Source: Octopus bimaculoides
Lineage: Eukaryota
Length of the DNA: 64,000 bases
Assembly (NCBI RefSeq): GCF_001194135.2
Contig: NC_068982.1
Coordinates: 137,264,627-137,328,626 of the forward strand
Reading direction: 5' to 3'
Under the pieces are notes generated by a model. It saw nothing but the letters and a program-made list of their open reading frames with translations, did not search any database and had not been told where the DNA came from. This document shows, piece by piece, positions 24,651-37,359 of the stretch (positions are counted from its first letter, which is position 1; each line of letters opens with the position of its first letter). Position numbers and translations under genes: made by a program.

Positions 24651-26376
24651 TACATATTTATCAACGCTTATTTACTTCTTTATTCTCTTGTGGTTCATTA
24701 AAAAAAAACTATTTCTTACATAAGGATATCCTTCAATCCCACAATGCAGTGCAGTACATTTCCAAGAGAAGAACTTACAGCAATTCTGCAATATTCTTAC
24801 TTCATATTGTTCTTGGAAAAAACTGTTTCCTCTCTTTGCCTTCCTCTGTTTTCATTGTTAATTTATTTATTCTAATTCCAAAGATATTTAGAAAATGTCT
24901 GGCTTATTTGTTTCTAGCATGGCATACTCTTTTCAACAATCTCATTCCCCACCTTACTGTGTTTTTATGTATGAAATCGATGTCCTGTTGTACTCCTTCA
25001 TATTTTCCATTCTGTTCCCTTAGTTTTTATCAAAAAATCTAATTTGTGGATGTGTATACACACATACGTATGGAAGAGAAATTATGACAAAAAGAGAAGT
25101 TATAATAAAACATAAGATGCAATTTATATCACTTGTTCCCTACACAAGTTTCACCATTGTGGTTATTTGCGACTGCTGTATTGGATGCTCTCGGTACAAT
25201 TGGATGTTGAGCCATGGCAGCTCATCAGGGGAACACTCTATTTTATTATGTTACACAAATCAAAATGCCTATATTCTACATGGAGCTTGAAATTCATCAG
25301 TAGCAGCAGTACATTTAAATGCACCCACAACATACTAATATGCATACATACATTTATGTATGTAAATGTGTGTGTGTGTAAAGTGGGATGTAAGAAATAT
25401 GCTATTCTAGCTGAAATGAATTTTATATTCTTTCTACAGTAATTCTTTCCAAACCATTCTACCATTGTACCACCTACACGTGAATATTTTCTTAGTGACC
25501 AAGTTTAAAGAAAATAAGACATACTTTTGAAAAGGATTTGAAAGAAGAATGTAAATTAGTAATCTTAAACAATGGCAATATCATGTAAAGAATTGTTGAT
25601 TATTCCAACAGATCATTGCAATTTCTTTTTCTTTTTGTCCCCCCCCCTCTTACTTTAACAATTATCTTCTTCCATCTTTTCTCCATGTTAGGTTGTTAGG
25701 TGAATCTCTTTTCTCCTAGAATGACAAATGGAAAAGACAGTAATGTAGTTCTTCCACTCTCTATTATATATACATATGTTTGTGTCATATCACGTCTATA
25801 TTACATTATAACAAATGATTTTATTTTTTTTATAGACAACGAAGCAAAATGACTCTTTTTGAATCGCACAGTATTTTCATCATCACATGCATCAGTGTTT
25901 GTTTTTGTTTGTTTCTTTTTTTTTTCTTTTTCTTTGGAAGTTTTATAAGATATATTTATTCAATTAGCCTGCAAGCAAGATCGTGTGATAACTATAGTCA
26001 TATTATTATAGTAGGCAGTCATGTCACGAACATCCCACTGTAAATATTGGTAACAGTTGAAATTACAAACCATAGGAAGAATTGTCAAGCTTTCTAATAG
26101 TAACTTTATTGATTTTTTTTTTCTTTTCTTTTTCCTTTTCTTTTAAGACTAGGAATCAAGATGAAGAACATACAGCTAATTTTATTTCTCCATAGTCAAT
26201 AAACATCTGGCTAGCTACCCATAGATATTGAATGTAAAAACCATTTTGTGTTTATCATCACTTAATTTGTAGTGTTAATTACTGTTAAAACAATGCAAAT
26301 AATTTAGATATCAGTCATAATAGAATTTATTTAGTTAACATTTGTTTTTTAGTTTTTCTCTTTTTATTTGTTGCAG

Positions 26377-26379
26377 GGC
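26377..26379 (+). CDS. SH3GLB1: Candidate 3-nt microexon (GGC, Gly) of endophilin B
   Basis: tttttctctttttatttgttgcAG-GGC-GTAAGT, with branch-like gttaac at ~26334. Frame-preserving in a phase-0 intron. No transcript evidence available. Confidence 0.5.
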
Positions 26380-26649
26380 GTAAGTAATGAAGATATGGTT
26401 TGGAATTTAGAGATTATTTTGGAAGATTACTTATTTGCCTCACATAAATTTGCCTTTCCTTTTATTTTTATTTCCTGCAATGTAAGTTATCTGCACAGAA
26501 AAATACTGCTTCAAGTAATGTTAACACATAAAAATGATAAACACTGTAGAACTATAGTAAGCAAAGAAGAACCAGGATGCAAAAATATTCATATTGAAGG
26601 GTGTCATAAGAAAACTGATAAATCAAATAATATATATTTATGATGACAG

Positions 26650-27082
26650 CACCGCATGACTGGCATCCATGCTAGTGGAGTGCTGAGAGCACCATCTGAG
26701 TGGGATCGTTGCCAGGGCTGATGACTGGCCCCCGTGCAGGTGGCACGTAAAAGGCACCATTCGAGTGTGAGCGTTACTAGCGTCACCTTACTGGTACTTG
26801 TGCTGGTGGTATGTGAAAATTGACATTCGAGTGAGGGCGTTGCCAGTGCTGCTGGACTGGCTCCCATGCAGGTGGCACATAAAAACACCATTTGAACATG
26901 GCCGTTGCCAGTACCACCTGACTGACCCTCATGCTGGTGGCACGTAAAAGCACCCCCTACACTCTCGGAGTGGTTGGCATTAGGAAGGGCATCCAGCTGT
27001 AGAAACTTTGCCAGATCAGATTGGAGCCTGGTGCAGCCATCTGGCTTGCCAGTCCCGAGTCAAACCGTCCAACCCATGATGA
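26650..27082 (+). mobile_element. RTE-type 3'-end retroposon with 4-5 internal ~60-bp units
   Basis: Same modular body and terminal block as the copies at 32077 and 39270. Confidence 0.85.
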
Positions 27083-28427
27083 ACTATTGCTTCATCAGAT
27101 GTTTTGGACCTTGCAAGGAAGTTTCACTGGGTCAATCAATTGTTTATTGAATTTTTAAGTAAGAGAGGGTTTAGAAGGAAGGGCGTTATGCTTTTGGCTC
27201 TTGATTAATTGTATCTTATTCTACAAGATACATCTAACTACAGCCTCTCACTAATTGATTTGTAGTCATATGAATGGATGAAGGAAGTGCTTATCTAGTA
27301 TTGACTTGGTATCCAATAAGGAGAGAAGACATGTACAGTTTTGAAGGCATTTCACTATTTTATGCTGCTGTGATTTGTATGCATTCTATAAAGCACTGTT
27401 GTTGCAACAGTCTGCCTTCCATAATGAAAACTTAAAATGCACAATCCTAAGAGCTCAAATTTGGAACTGAGTTGAATTAGATTGATGTTGAAATGTGAAG
27501 TATTTGTCCAGTGTAGATGGCAAACCACATGATTTTTATCAGATTTATGCTTTGTAAGATAGTTCATTCTTTCTTTCAAATCCACCTTGATGTAATTTAT
27601 GTCTGTTAAAGGTTGTAAGGAAAGAGTTTAATTCAAGCTAGTTTTATTGTGTGTGTGTGTGTGTGTGTGTGGTTTTAAGTACAAGCTGCTGTAGTAATTA
27701 TACTTGTTTAAAGAAATTGGTCTGTCTCCCGACTTTGGCTGCAGCTTGTCATGGTTTTGATAGTGTTTAAATGGTTGAGAGTATAAGACTATTCCCTGCA
27801 CAGTGTTAGTTTATCAAAAGGTTATTCCTTCGCTGTCACCAGATGCTCATTGTTAGTTGAGTGGACTGAGCAACATGAAATATTATCAGGCAAACACTTA
27901 AAGTACCAGGCTATGTGCTTTCACGTAGTATAGTGCTATTAGTAGTAGTAGTTGTTGTTGTTGTTGTAATAGTGGTAGTATCAGTGGTCATGGTAATAGT
28001 AGCAGCAATAGTAGTCTGAGGAAGTGATGCAGATTTGAATTACACATGAGCAGATGTTACAATATTGCATTGCTATCGTAGAAAAACTACTTAAGTTAAA
28101 ACTGCAACAGTGATGATGCACTAATGATGACAATACTGTCAAAAAGAATACATGATGTACTTCTTTTTTATTTTTTTATTTTTATTTTTACCTTTAATAC
28201 TGATGCAAACCTTTCAGGTGTTCAGTGAATTTTGAAAATAAGATTAAGAGAGCTCATATGAAAACATTTTCTGTTCTGTTCAACAGTTTGTTTTTTCCTC
28301 TATATTTAATATTTTAAAAAATGTCATTTCATGTTGACATTTTATTTTGTCTGTTTCTATTTTTCTATTTTTAATGAATTTTATCAATATTTTGTGTATT
28401 TCATCTTATATCTAATTTCCTCCCTCC

Positions 28428-28462
<35 letters not shown>

Positions 28463-28580
28463 CTTTGTCTCTACTTTTCCTTCTTTTCTTGCTTTTTCTC
28501 TTTCTAATGATGTTTGCATTTACTTTTTAAAATTGTTAAAATTATGATTTTTAGGTTATAAATCAGTTTCTGAATAATCT

Positions 28581-28622
<42 letters not shown>

Positions 28623-29681
28623 NNNNNNNNNNNNNNNNNNNNNNNNNNNNNNNNNNNNNNNNNNNNNNNNNNNNNNNNNNNNNNNNNNNNNNNNNNNNNN
28701 NNNNNNNNNNNNNNNNNNNNNNNNNNNNNNNNNNNNNNNNNNNNNNNNNNNNNNNNNNNNNNNNNNNNNNNNNNNNNNNNNNNNNNNNNNNNNNNNNNNN
28801 NNNNNNNNNNNNNNNNNNNNNNNNNNNNNNNNNNNNNNNNNNNNNNNNNNNNNNNNNNNNNNNNNNNNNNNNNNNNNNNNNNNNNNNNNNNNNNNNNNNN
28901 NNNNNNNNNNNNNNNNNNNNNNNNNNNNNNNNNNNNNNNNNNNNNNNNNNNNNNNNNNNNNNNNNNNNNNNNNNNNNNNNNNNNNNNNNNNNNNNNNNNN
29001 NNNNNNNNNNNNNNNNNNNNNNNNNNNNNNNNNNNNNNNNNNNNNNNNNNNNNNNNNNNNNNNNNNNNNNNNNNNNNNNNNNNNNNNNNNNNNNNNNNNN
29101 NNNNNNNNNNNNNNNNNNNNNNNNNNNNNNNTTTTTTTTTTTTTTTTCTGTACTTGCTTTTATATAAAACTTACATGAAAGAGATGCTAGCTTGCATGGA
29201 CAGCCAATGATCTTGGTTAGTTTTTTTTGACAGAAATCAACAACAATAACAGCAAAATGTTCAATCGAAAACTGAGGTGTTGCTCTCTGTCAGCTGGTGA
29301 CTGATCATACAATTTATGTACACACACACTTTCAGAACTAGTATTTATTAGATAATCATCATTTATATATTTTCCTTTTAATATTTCTTTTATGTTAAAT
29401 TATAGTATTACAGTTTGTAGAGAGTATTGTAACATATTTTGTCACCATCAATATTTTTTCCTTTCCATTTTTTTTCTTTTTTTTTTTTCTGTAAATAACC
29501 AGTCTGGAATTTATTTATCAAACTAATTACACAAGATTTGTTGCCATCAGTTTTCCGTTTCACGTACTTGAATATCACTATATTTTAGTCAACCGCACCC
29601 ATTAAATTTAATCCAACCAGTAATGGAAAAGTATGTGCATATATATGTATTACATAATATTATATATATATATATATTATA

Positions 29682-29895
29682 AGCGGCGAGCTGGCAGAAA
29701 CGTTAGCAATCCAGGCAAAATACTTAGTGGTATTTCGTCTGTCTTTACGTCCTGAGTTCAAACTCCACCAAGGTCAGCTTTGCCTTTCATCCTTTTGGGG
29801 TCGATAAATTAAGTACCAGTTGCATACTGGGATTGATCTAATCAACTGGCCCCGTCCCCATAAATTTCAGGCCTTGTACCTAGAGTAGAAAAGAT
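29682..29895 (+). mobile_element. tRNA-derived SINE, family B
   Basis: gcggcgagctggcagaaacgttagc...gagttcaaactcc...ggggtcgataaattaagtaccag. Confidence 0.85.
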
Positions 29896-30343
29896 TATAT
29901 TATGTATTATATAATATTGTTATATAATATTATGTATTATAATATATATATATTATATTATATATATTATGATATTGTATATATATCATATAATATATTA
30001 TGTTATATACATGTATGTATTAATGAACTGGTTACAAATTTTACAAAATAAAAACGTCTTATTCCTATTTTTGAAGATTTTGCTGATACCACTCTCTCAT
30101 TAAAAATAATTTGGAGATGAAATGGAGTTGACTATCATCAAAATCTTTTTTTCATGTTGTGCCTCAAGAACAGTTCACTTAGCAGAGCCTATCCCCAACA
30201 ATCGATATTTTACAATGATACATCAATGTTTTTGATACCAACTTGCACAAGACTATCCTGGTTCTATGCTACGAACTTCCCTCATTTAAATTTCAATGTC
30301 ACATTAATTTATGTTCCAAAAATCAGCTTAATTATTCTTTTAT

Positions 30344-30695
30344 TCTTTTACTTGTTTCTGTCATTTTGACTGCAGCCAAATAAATCAACCCCAAGACTTT
30401 ATTTTTTTTAAAGCCTAATATTTATTTTGTCGGTCTCTTTTGCTGAACCACTAAGTTACAGGGATGTAAACACACAAACATTGGTTATCAAGTGGTGATA
30501 GACAAACACACACACACACACACACACATACATGATGGGCCTCTTTCAGTTTCTGTCTACCAAATCCACATGCAAGGCTTTGGTTAGCCCAGGGCTACAG
30601 TGGAAGACACTCGCCCAAGGTGTCACTCAGTGGGACTGAATCTAGAACCATGTGAATGGGAAGCAAGTTTTTTACCACACAGCCACGCCTGCCCC
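30344..30695 (-). mobile_element. Family A tRNA-SINE with a small internal deletion
   Basis: Bipartite structure with (CA)n linker. Confidence 0.85.
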
Positions 30696-31339
30696 TATTC
30701 TTCATTATTTTGAAGCATAGTAAAGAAAGTTTTAACTGGGTTAAACTTACCTGTCAGACTTGGTTCACCAAAAATGTGTCACTGTTCTAAGATTTTAAAT
30801 GATAAAGGTTTTTGATATATCAGAAAATAAAGGGGAAGACTCTGATTTCTTAGCTTTGTGGAGACCAACCATGTAATTGCCAGTCATTTTGTATCTAAGT
30901 TTAATTATTTCTGGTGAATAATGCAGTTTAAAAAAATAAGTATTTTGCTTAATGCTAGTTATGATCATTATACTCATTGCAAGTATCATTTGATTTGTTT
31001 TTTTACATATTCTTTTTTAAGTATCATTATCGTGAAATAGGTTTATGGAATTGTAAAAAGCATCATCCAAGTGTGGTCCATGCCAGTGCTGCCTGACTGG
31101 CTCCTTTGCTGGTGGTACGTAAAAAGCATCCACTGCACTCTCAGAGTGGTTGGCATTAGAAACATTGCCAGATCAGATTGGAGCCTGGTGTGGCCTCCTG
31201 GCTTGCCAGTCTCCAACCCATACCAGCATGGAAAACAGACTTTAAACGATGATGATGATGTATCCTATTGTTGGAATGGTTACAATGTCATTAATGTAAT
31301 ATTCTTAGTTTCTAAATTTAGATATAAATAAAGATTTAA

Positions 31340-31830
31340 TTTTTTATTAAATACAAGAGTACCTCTGATGTGTCGGGTGATATGATATGCTTGAGAAGAC
31401 CTGTTGAGTCAAGTAAAACCAATACTGTAGCTGTAGCCAATGCCCCCTGACTGGCTCCAATATCACTACCACGTAAAAAGCACCATCCAAACATAGTTGA
31501 TGCCAAGTCTGCTTGACTGGCTCCCATGCCGGTGGCACGTAAAAAGCGCAATCCAAACATGGCCGATGCCAGTACCCACTGTCTGGCCTCTGTGCCAGTG
31601 GCACGTAACAAGCACTATCCGAATGTGATCAATGCCAAGCCCACCTGACTGGCTCCTGTGTTGGTGGCACATAAAAAACACCCACTACACTCTTGGAGTG
31701 GTTGGCATTAGGAAAGGCATCCAGCTGTAGAAACATTGCCAGATCTGATTGGACCCTGGTGCAACTGCTGGCTTTCCAGAACTCAGTTAAACTGTCCAAC
31801 CTACGCCAGTAGAGAAAACACTTATGTAAA
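31340..31830 (+). mobile_element. RTE-type 3'-end retroposon with 5 internal units
   Basis: cttgagaagacctgttgagtcaag module followed by ~60-bp units and the conserved terminal block. Confidence 0.8.
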
Positions 31831-32076
31831 TGTTCCACTTTCTTCCTTACCAAAATAGTAATAATTATCATTAGTGGTGGCAACAAGATTGCATATATCA
31901 GTGTACATTTTGTAAAGAACTAGGTGTTAAGAAAGGCAAATTGCCAATAGACACCATGCTAAAAATAGGAAGATGATGATTGAATAACTGCTAAATTGAG
32001 CTGTATTATCTGGGACATGGAACAATGGTGAAGCAGTAATCATCATTTTTTTTTTTTTTTTTTTGCCTCAAAATCG

Positions 32077-32500
32077 TGATGGCACCTGTACTAGTGGAGC
32101 ACTAAGAGCACCGTCCGAGCGTGATCATTGCCAGAGCAGCTCTCTGGCTTCCATGCCAGTGGCACGTAAATAGCCCCATTTGAGCTTGATCGTTACCAGC
32201 GTCACCTTACTGGCACTTGTGCCGGTGGCATGTGAAAAAATATTCAAGCAAGGTCATTGCCAGTACCGCTGGACTGGCTCCTGTGCAGGTGGCACGTAAA
32301 ATACACCATTTTGAGCGTGGCTGTTGCCAGTACCGCCTGACTGGCCCTCGTGCCGGTGGCACGTAAAAGTACCCACTACACTCTCGGAGTGGTTGGCGTT
32401 AGGAAGGGCATCCAGCTTTAGAAACTCTGCCAAATCAGATTGGAGCCTGGTGTAGCCATCTGGTTTGACCAGTCCTCAGTCAAATCATCCAACCCATGCT
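32077..32500 (+). mobile_element. RTE-type 3'-end retroposon
   Basis: Starts gatggcacctgtactagtggagcactaagagcacc, as does the copy at 39270; 3' tail truncated. Confidence 0.88.
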
Positions 32501-32624
32501 AGATGTCATAGTTTATGAGTGGGTGGGTGGGTTTATGGTGAAACGTGCCATAATAGAGAAAGTGAAATGCATGTGTATGTATTTATTGCTGTGTGTGTGT
32601 GTTTTGAGGGAAGTATACTCTTTT

Positions 32625-33015
32625 TTTTTCTACTTGTTTCAGTCATTTGACTGTGGCCATGCTGGAGCACTGCCTTTAGTCAAGCAAATCGACCCCAAGA
32701 CATTCTTTGTAAGCCTAGTACTTATTCTATTGGTCGCTTTTGCCGAACCGCTAAGTTACATGGACGTAAACACACCAGCATCGGTTGTCAAACGATGTTG
32801 GTGGGGGGCAAACACATACACACACACACACACACACACATATACATATATACGACAGGCTTCTTTCAGTTTCCGTCTACCAGATCCACTCACAAGGCTT
32901 TGGTCGACCTGAGGCTATAGTAGAAGGCACTTGCCCAAGATGCCACGCAGTGGGACTGAACCCGGAACCATGTGGTTCGTAAGCAAGCTACTTACCACAC
33001 AGCGACGCCTGTACC
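32625..33015 (-). mobile_element. Family A tRNA-SINE, full-length
   Basis: Near-identical to 22057-22456. Confidence 0.92.
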
Positions 33016-36000
33016 TATGTTGAATATTTTTACTAGTAGGAACAGCTGTGGTTATGTGAAAGATTAACTGTTACTCACAAATAAGCCAAGAAATGGAAGT
33101 ACCATAGTGTTATATAAATTCCGTTAAAATGAACAGTGGAAATGAGCTGGAGAATTAAAATAGCAAGCCGTTGGTATAAAGGATCCAGTATTGTTGCATT
33201 GGTTGTCCAACAATGACCAGCCAACCTCCCACCAACTTTATCCTCTCGCCTATATTTCATCCCTTAACACTTAAAAGGCACTGGTGCTGGTGCCATGTGA
33301 AAAGTACCCTGTACACTCTATAAAGTGGTTGGCATTAAAAAGTCCATCCAGCAGTAGAAACCAAGCCAAAATAGATTATGGAGCCTGGAGGGGCCCCTGG
33401 CCTTGGCAGATCCTGTGAAACCATGCAAGCATAGAGAACAGACTTAAATGATGATTTTGATGACAGTAAACAATTGCTGATATTTAATGGAGATGGAAAT
33501 TTTGGAGGTGAAAGTGGTCTGTAACATGGAAAGATGACCTGGGTTTATGTCAGCTGATGGTATTCTAGGTGAAGGGACAGGTGTTTGAAGCAGCAACAGG
33601 TAAAAAAAATCTAGGCTAGCTAGGTATGAGAGGAGGTGAAGGAACTGTAGATTAAAAGGTTACATATTTTTAGGTTTTTATCAAATAACATTCTCTGAAA
33701 TGTGCAGATAGATATCCTGTCTTTGAGATTAATTGACCTTGTGCTTAATCTGATGCTACAATTCTTAAACTGTGGCTAGAGATAGCTGTAGCTTGGTTGT
33801 GTAGTCGAGAAGGTTGCTTCCCAACTAGTTGGTTTCACATTCACTCCCACTGAATGGCACCTTGTGCAAGTGTCTTCTACTACAGCTCCAGGCTGACCAA
33901 AGCCTTGTGGGTGGATTTGGTTGGCAGAAACCAAAAGAAGCTTGTTGTATATATATGTATGCATGAATGTGTGTCTGTTTGTCTTAACATTGTGGGACTG
34001 TTGTAAATGAATGTTCTTCATTTCTGATATTCTGTGAAAATATGTCTGGCCATGAGAAAATGTTTGGCCATACAGGAGGGGCATCTGGCTGACATGAAGA
34101 ACATCAGGCCATAGAAAATCTGCCTCAGTAAACTCTATCTGAACTACAAAAGCATGGAAAAGTGGATATTAGAACAATGAATATAATGATGATTTTTAAT
34201 TGAAGCACAATTAACAGAAGGTTGTTTTGTTAAGTAAATCCATTTACCTTTCTTGATTATTTCTGTAATATGAAAGCCAGAATCTACGAAAGAATGGATG
34301 TTAAGCTCAAGATATTTAATCAATGGCAACAAAAATTTTCTTTTGTTTTAAGCAGTTTTCTTTTACCTTTTAAGTTCAAAATAGGCCAATTGGAAGACAA
34401 ATCCACAACTTATGGTTGCTTTTATTCACTTTATACGAGTTTCCAGTCTTTAAATTTTGGTTACATTTAAAAGCCATCTTAATAATGAGCCTCGTTTCCT
34501 TTTTTTTTTTCTAGTATTTTAGGAAGAAGAAACTGTTGGTGACATTCAACAGAAATCTTATAAATTATGAATCTTGATTTTATTTTTTTAATTTTAGTAA
34601 CCCCCTTTGAAAGACATTGAGCTAAATTAATACTTAAAACATTTTCTTTTCCATTGTTTTCATGTTTCCCTTTATTGTTTTATTAAATTATCGATCAGTC
34701 ATCTAAAGAAAGTTCTATTATAAATTTTATATTAATAATCTTATTATTAGTAACTTTAACCAAAAAATTAGGTGTCCCATCAACTTATTAACATTTGGTT
34801 AATCAAAATTTCCCTTTTTATTTATCTACATTCAAATCAAGACCAAATGTGTCACAGTTAATTTTGTATTTGTCCCTATTATATTAATATAGAGTGAATA
34901 AATTATCACACCTCTAATTACATTTTATGTCGTTAAGAACCCATTAAACAAGATCCAATATTGTATACAGCAAGATATCTGTTTTCATACTATTTTATAT
35001 ATACTGGTTATCTTACATTGCATACCATTCATAATTTGCATTTAACCTTATGTAAACATTTTATCTCTTAACTTGTTAGATCAGTCTTCAACAAAATATA
35101 TAATATATACTGATGTATAAGTTGCAGAGGTACATAAGTTGCACCCTCTTTGTGTTTATAGTATTTCAGCTTCAGCTTTTAACCCATATATAAGTAACAT
35201 GATGCTTTTTACAACTTTGCTTGTTATTGTATTTAAATAAGAACTAAAAAATAAAAAAAATAATAACAATTAGCTGAAATAATCCCAATCATTGCCAATA
35301 CAGTCTAGCAAAGTCTTGCAACTATAGACACTGTGGCAATGTGTTTCTTTGCTACATGCCTGGAATTGTCAGATTAATTCATGCTTTTAAATTACCTTTA
35401 CTTATTGACTGGCAATACATGCAGCATCTCATGAGCATTGCCTTATTACAGTCGGCCAATAGAAAGCTGTGCATATCTTTCATACAAGATCTCTTTTACA
35501 TATGTTTGTTTACTGCACTGATATTCATATAGGCTGAGTAATGACATGATCAACCTGCTTTATATATGCAATCAATTCCTGAGGGTGTGTATGTGTATAT
35601 ATCTTAGTGCATGCTGGGAAGTTCAAGCCCAGTACATGGTTTTATATATTCGCTTGTTGAGTAAATACCTGCAACTTATCTATGAGTATATATGGTATTG
35701 TTTCTTAGAGGTTTAATTTGCAAATTGTCCTAAATTCATCATATCTATATGATCACCCCCTCTAGACACTGCCTGTACCTTTCACAGCTTTAATTTTTAG
35801 CCTGTATAGATATCTCCAGCTTCCATAAACTCTGTGGCATCTGATTGTGTTGTGAACATGTCATGAAGAGCTTGACCCTGAACCTTGCTGCCAACAATAA
35901 CTAAATTGATATCTTGTTTTTTTTTTTTTGCTTTAAATTCTGTTCCTTATTCTCTAACCCATCAAAGAGATCAATGTTGTGTTCCTTATCTGACAGTAAT

Positions 36001-36407
36001 AACATTCTTTTTCAAGCTCACAGGTTACAAGACATTTTCTTTGTTTGAAAGCCTTTGCAACCCTAAGCCAACAATAGCAACCTCACCAAATATTCATATG
36101 ATTGGCATTTGGTTTACTAGCAGATTTTTCTGAAGCAGTTAAAATGAGCAAATATTTCTAGCCAGCCCCTTACTCTTCTAACATAGAACAACTTAGGTTC
36201 ATGATATACCAAACCTGATCTGAAAGCACCGACAGAGCTCATATTGATAGTAGTTTGAATCATACTAAGGCTGAAAATTATTAAGTTTGAAATTTCATAT
36301 ATATAATCTTTGCTACTCCAAGCGATTGAACCTATTTAAAGTAAATTATATTAGTTAAAGAGGTCTTAGAAACGAAGTAAGTTATTTGTTGCTAGTGAAA
36401 ATCTTAT

Positions 36408-36705
36408 GTGTAGTATATTGCCACTTAAGTGTGGCTGACCCCTAGGGGTGGATGTTACTGTTGCTTTTAGCCCCAGGAGGACATCTCCTCCAGCTGGCTT
36501 ATCGACACACGACTGTGTCCTGTTTGCCAAGGGTAGTTATCCCTCTCACCAACATCTGCAGCGGTGAGAGGGATAACTACCCTTGGCAAACAGGACACAG
36601 TCGTGTGTCGATAAGCCAGCTGGAGGAGATGTCCTCCTGGGGCTAAAAGCAACAGTAACATCCACCCCTAGGGGTCAGCCACACTTAAGTGGCAATATAC
36701 TACAC
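36408..36705. repeat. Perfect palindrome: two identical 143-bp inverted arms with a 12-bp spacer
   Basis: 36408-36550 is the exact reverse complement of 36563-36705, corroborated by twin ORFs on opposite strands. 14-bp direct repeat tgaaaatcttatgt at 36396-36409 and 36751-36764. Confidence 0.97.
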
Positions 36706-37314
36706 TTTATCGTGCAGTTACTGTTAATACTTCATTTAGAGAATTAACATTGAAAATCTTATGTTTTTAAACTTTTTTTTTTAAAATTTAAATTCATCTA
36801 ATTTAATAAATATTTGTTCCTGGTTTTCCCTTTACTTATAAAATTTATAAATAGTTGACAATAATTCAAAACAGAAAATTAAGTGTATCACTTTGTTTTA
36901 TGAACTATAAAAAAAAATGTTCTTTATTGACATATATCAGATATTTTCTTTAATAAACAATGTGAATTGTTTTTCATTGCACAACATTTTTCTTTCCTGT
37001 ACATTGTTCTTTCATTTCAATGCAGTAACCATAACATGAACATGTTTTGGGTTGTTTTTTTTTCCCTTCCACAAAACAATGTTTTGTGACATATAAACTT
37101 GCATGTGCATGATATGATTAATAATGTCTGATATTCCCTTGTAGAACTAGTTCACTCTCCGTTAAATCACCACCTTGTAGCTGAATGTTTAGTGACATCA
37201 AATAGCTTAGTAAACACTTTCAACATCCACAATTAATGTGTGTTTCTTACTGAACAAAACTTGCTTTCACATTTATATTGGACTGCACAAATATTATCCA
37301 TGCTTTATTTTCAG

Positions 37315-37359
37315 TCTCTGACAACTTTGCCAAAACTTAAACAATCAACTAATTCTATT
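37315..37359 (+). CDS. SH3GLB1: Candidate 45-nt cassette exon SLTTLPKLKQSTNSI of endophilin B
   Basis: catgctttattttcAG acceptor, ATT|GTAAGA donor, 15 codons without a stop in phase 0. Tandem TGCATG motifs at 37100-37111. Confidence 0.4.

Noticed and set aside
24566-25042. 158-aa plus-strand ORF
   Set aside because: Hydrophobic low-information translation of T-rich DNA, probably antisense to a decayed transposon.
32150-32370. HDV-like ribozyme in the ~60-bp retroposon units
   Set aside because: The GCCAGT/ACTGGC stem encloses only ~8 nt; I could not build the nested double pseudoknot.
34515-34538. 24-nt in-frame cassette YFRKKKLL, and the 12-nt EDRA at 23629-23640
   Set aside because: Donors GTGACA and GTGTTT are far from consensus.
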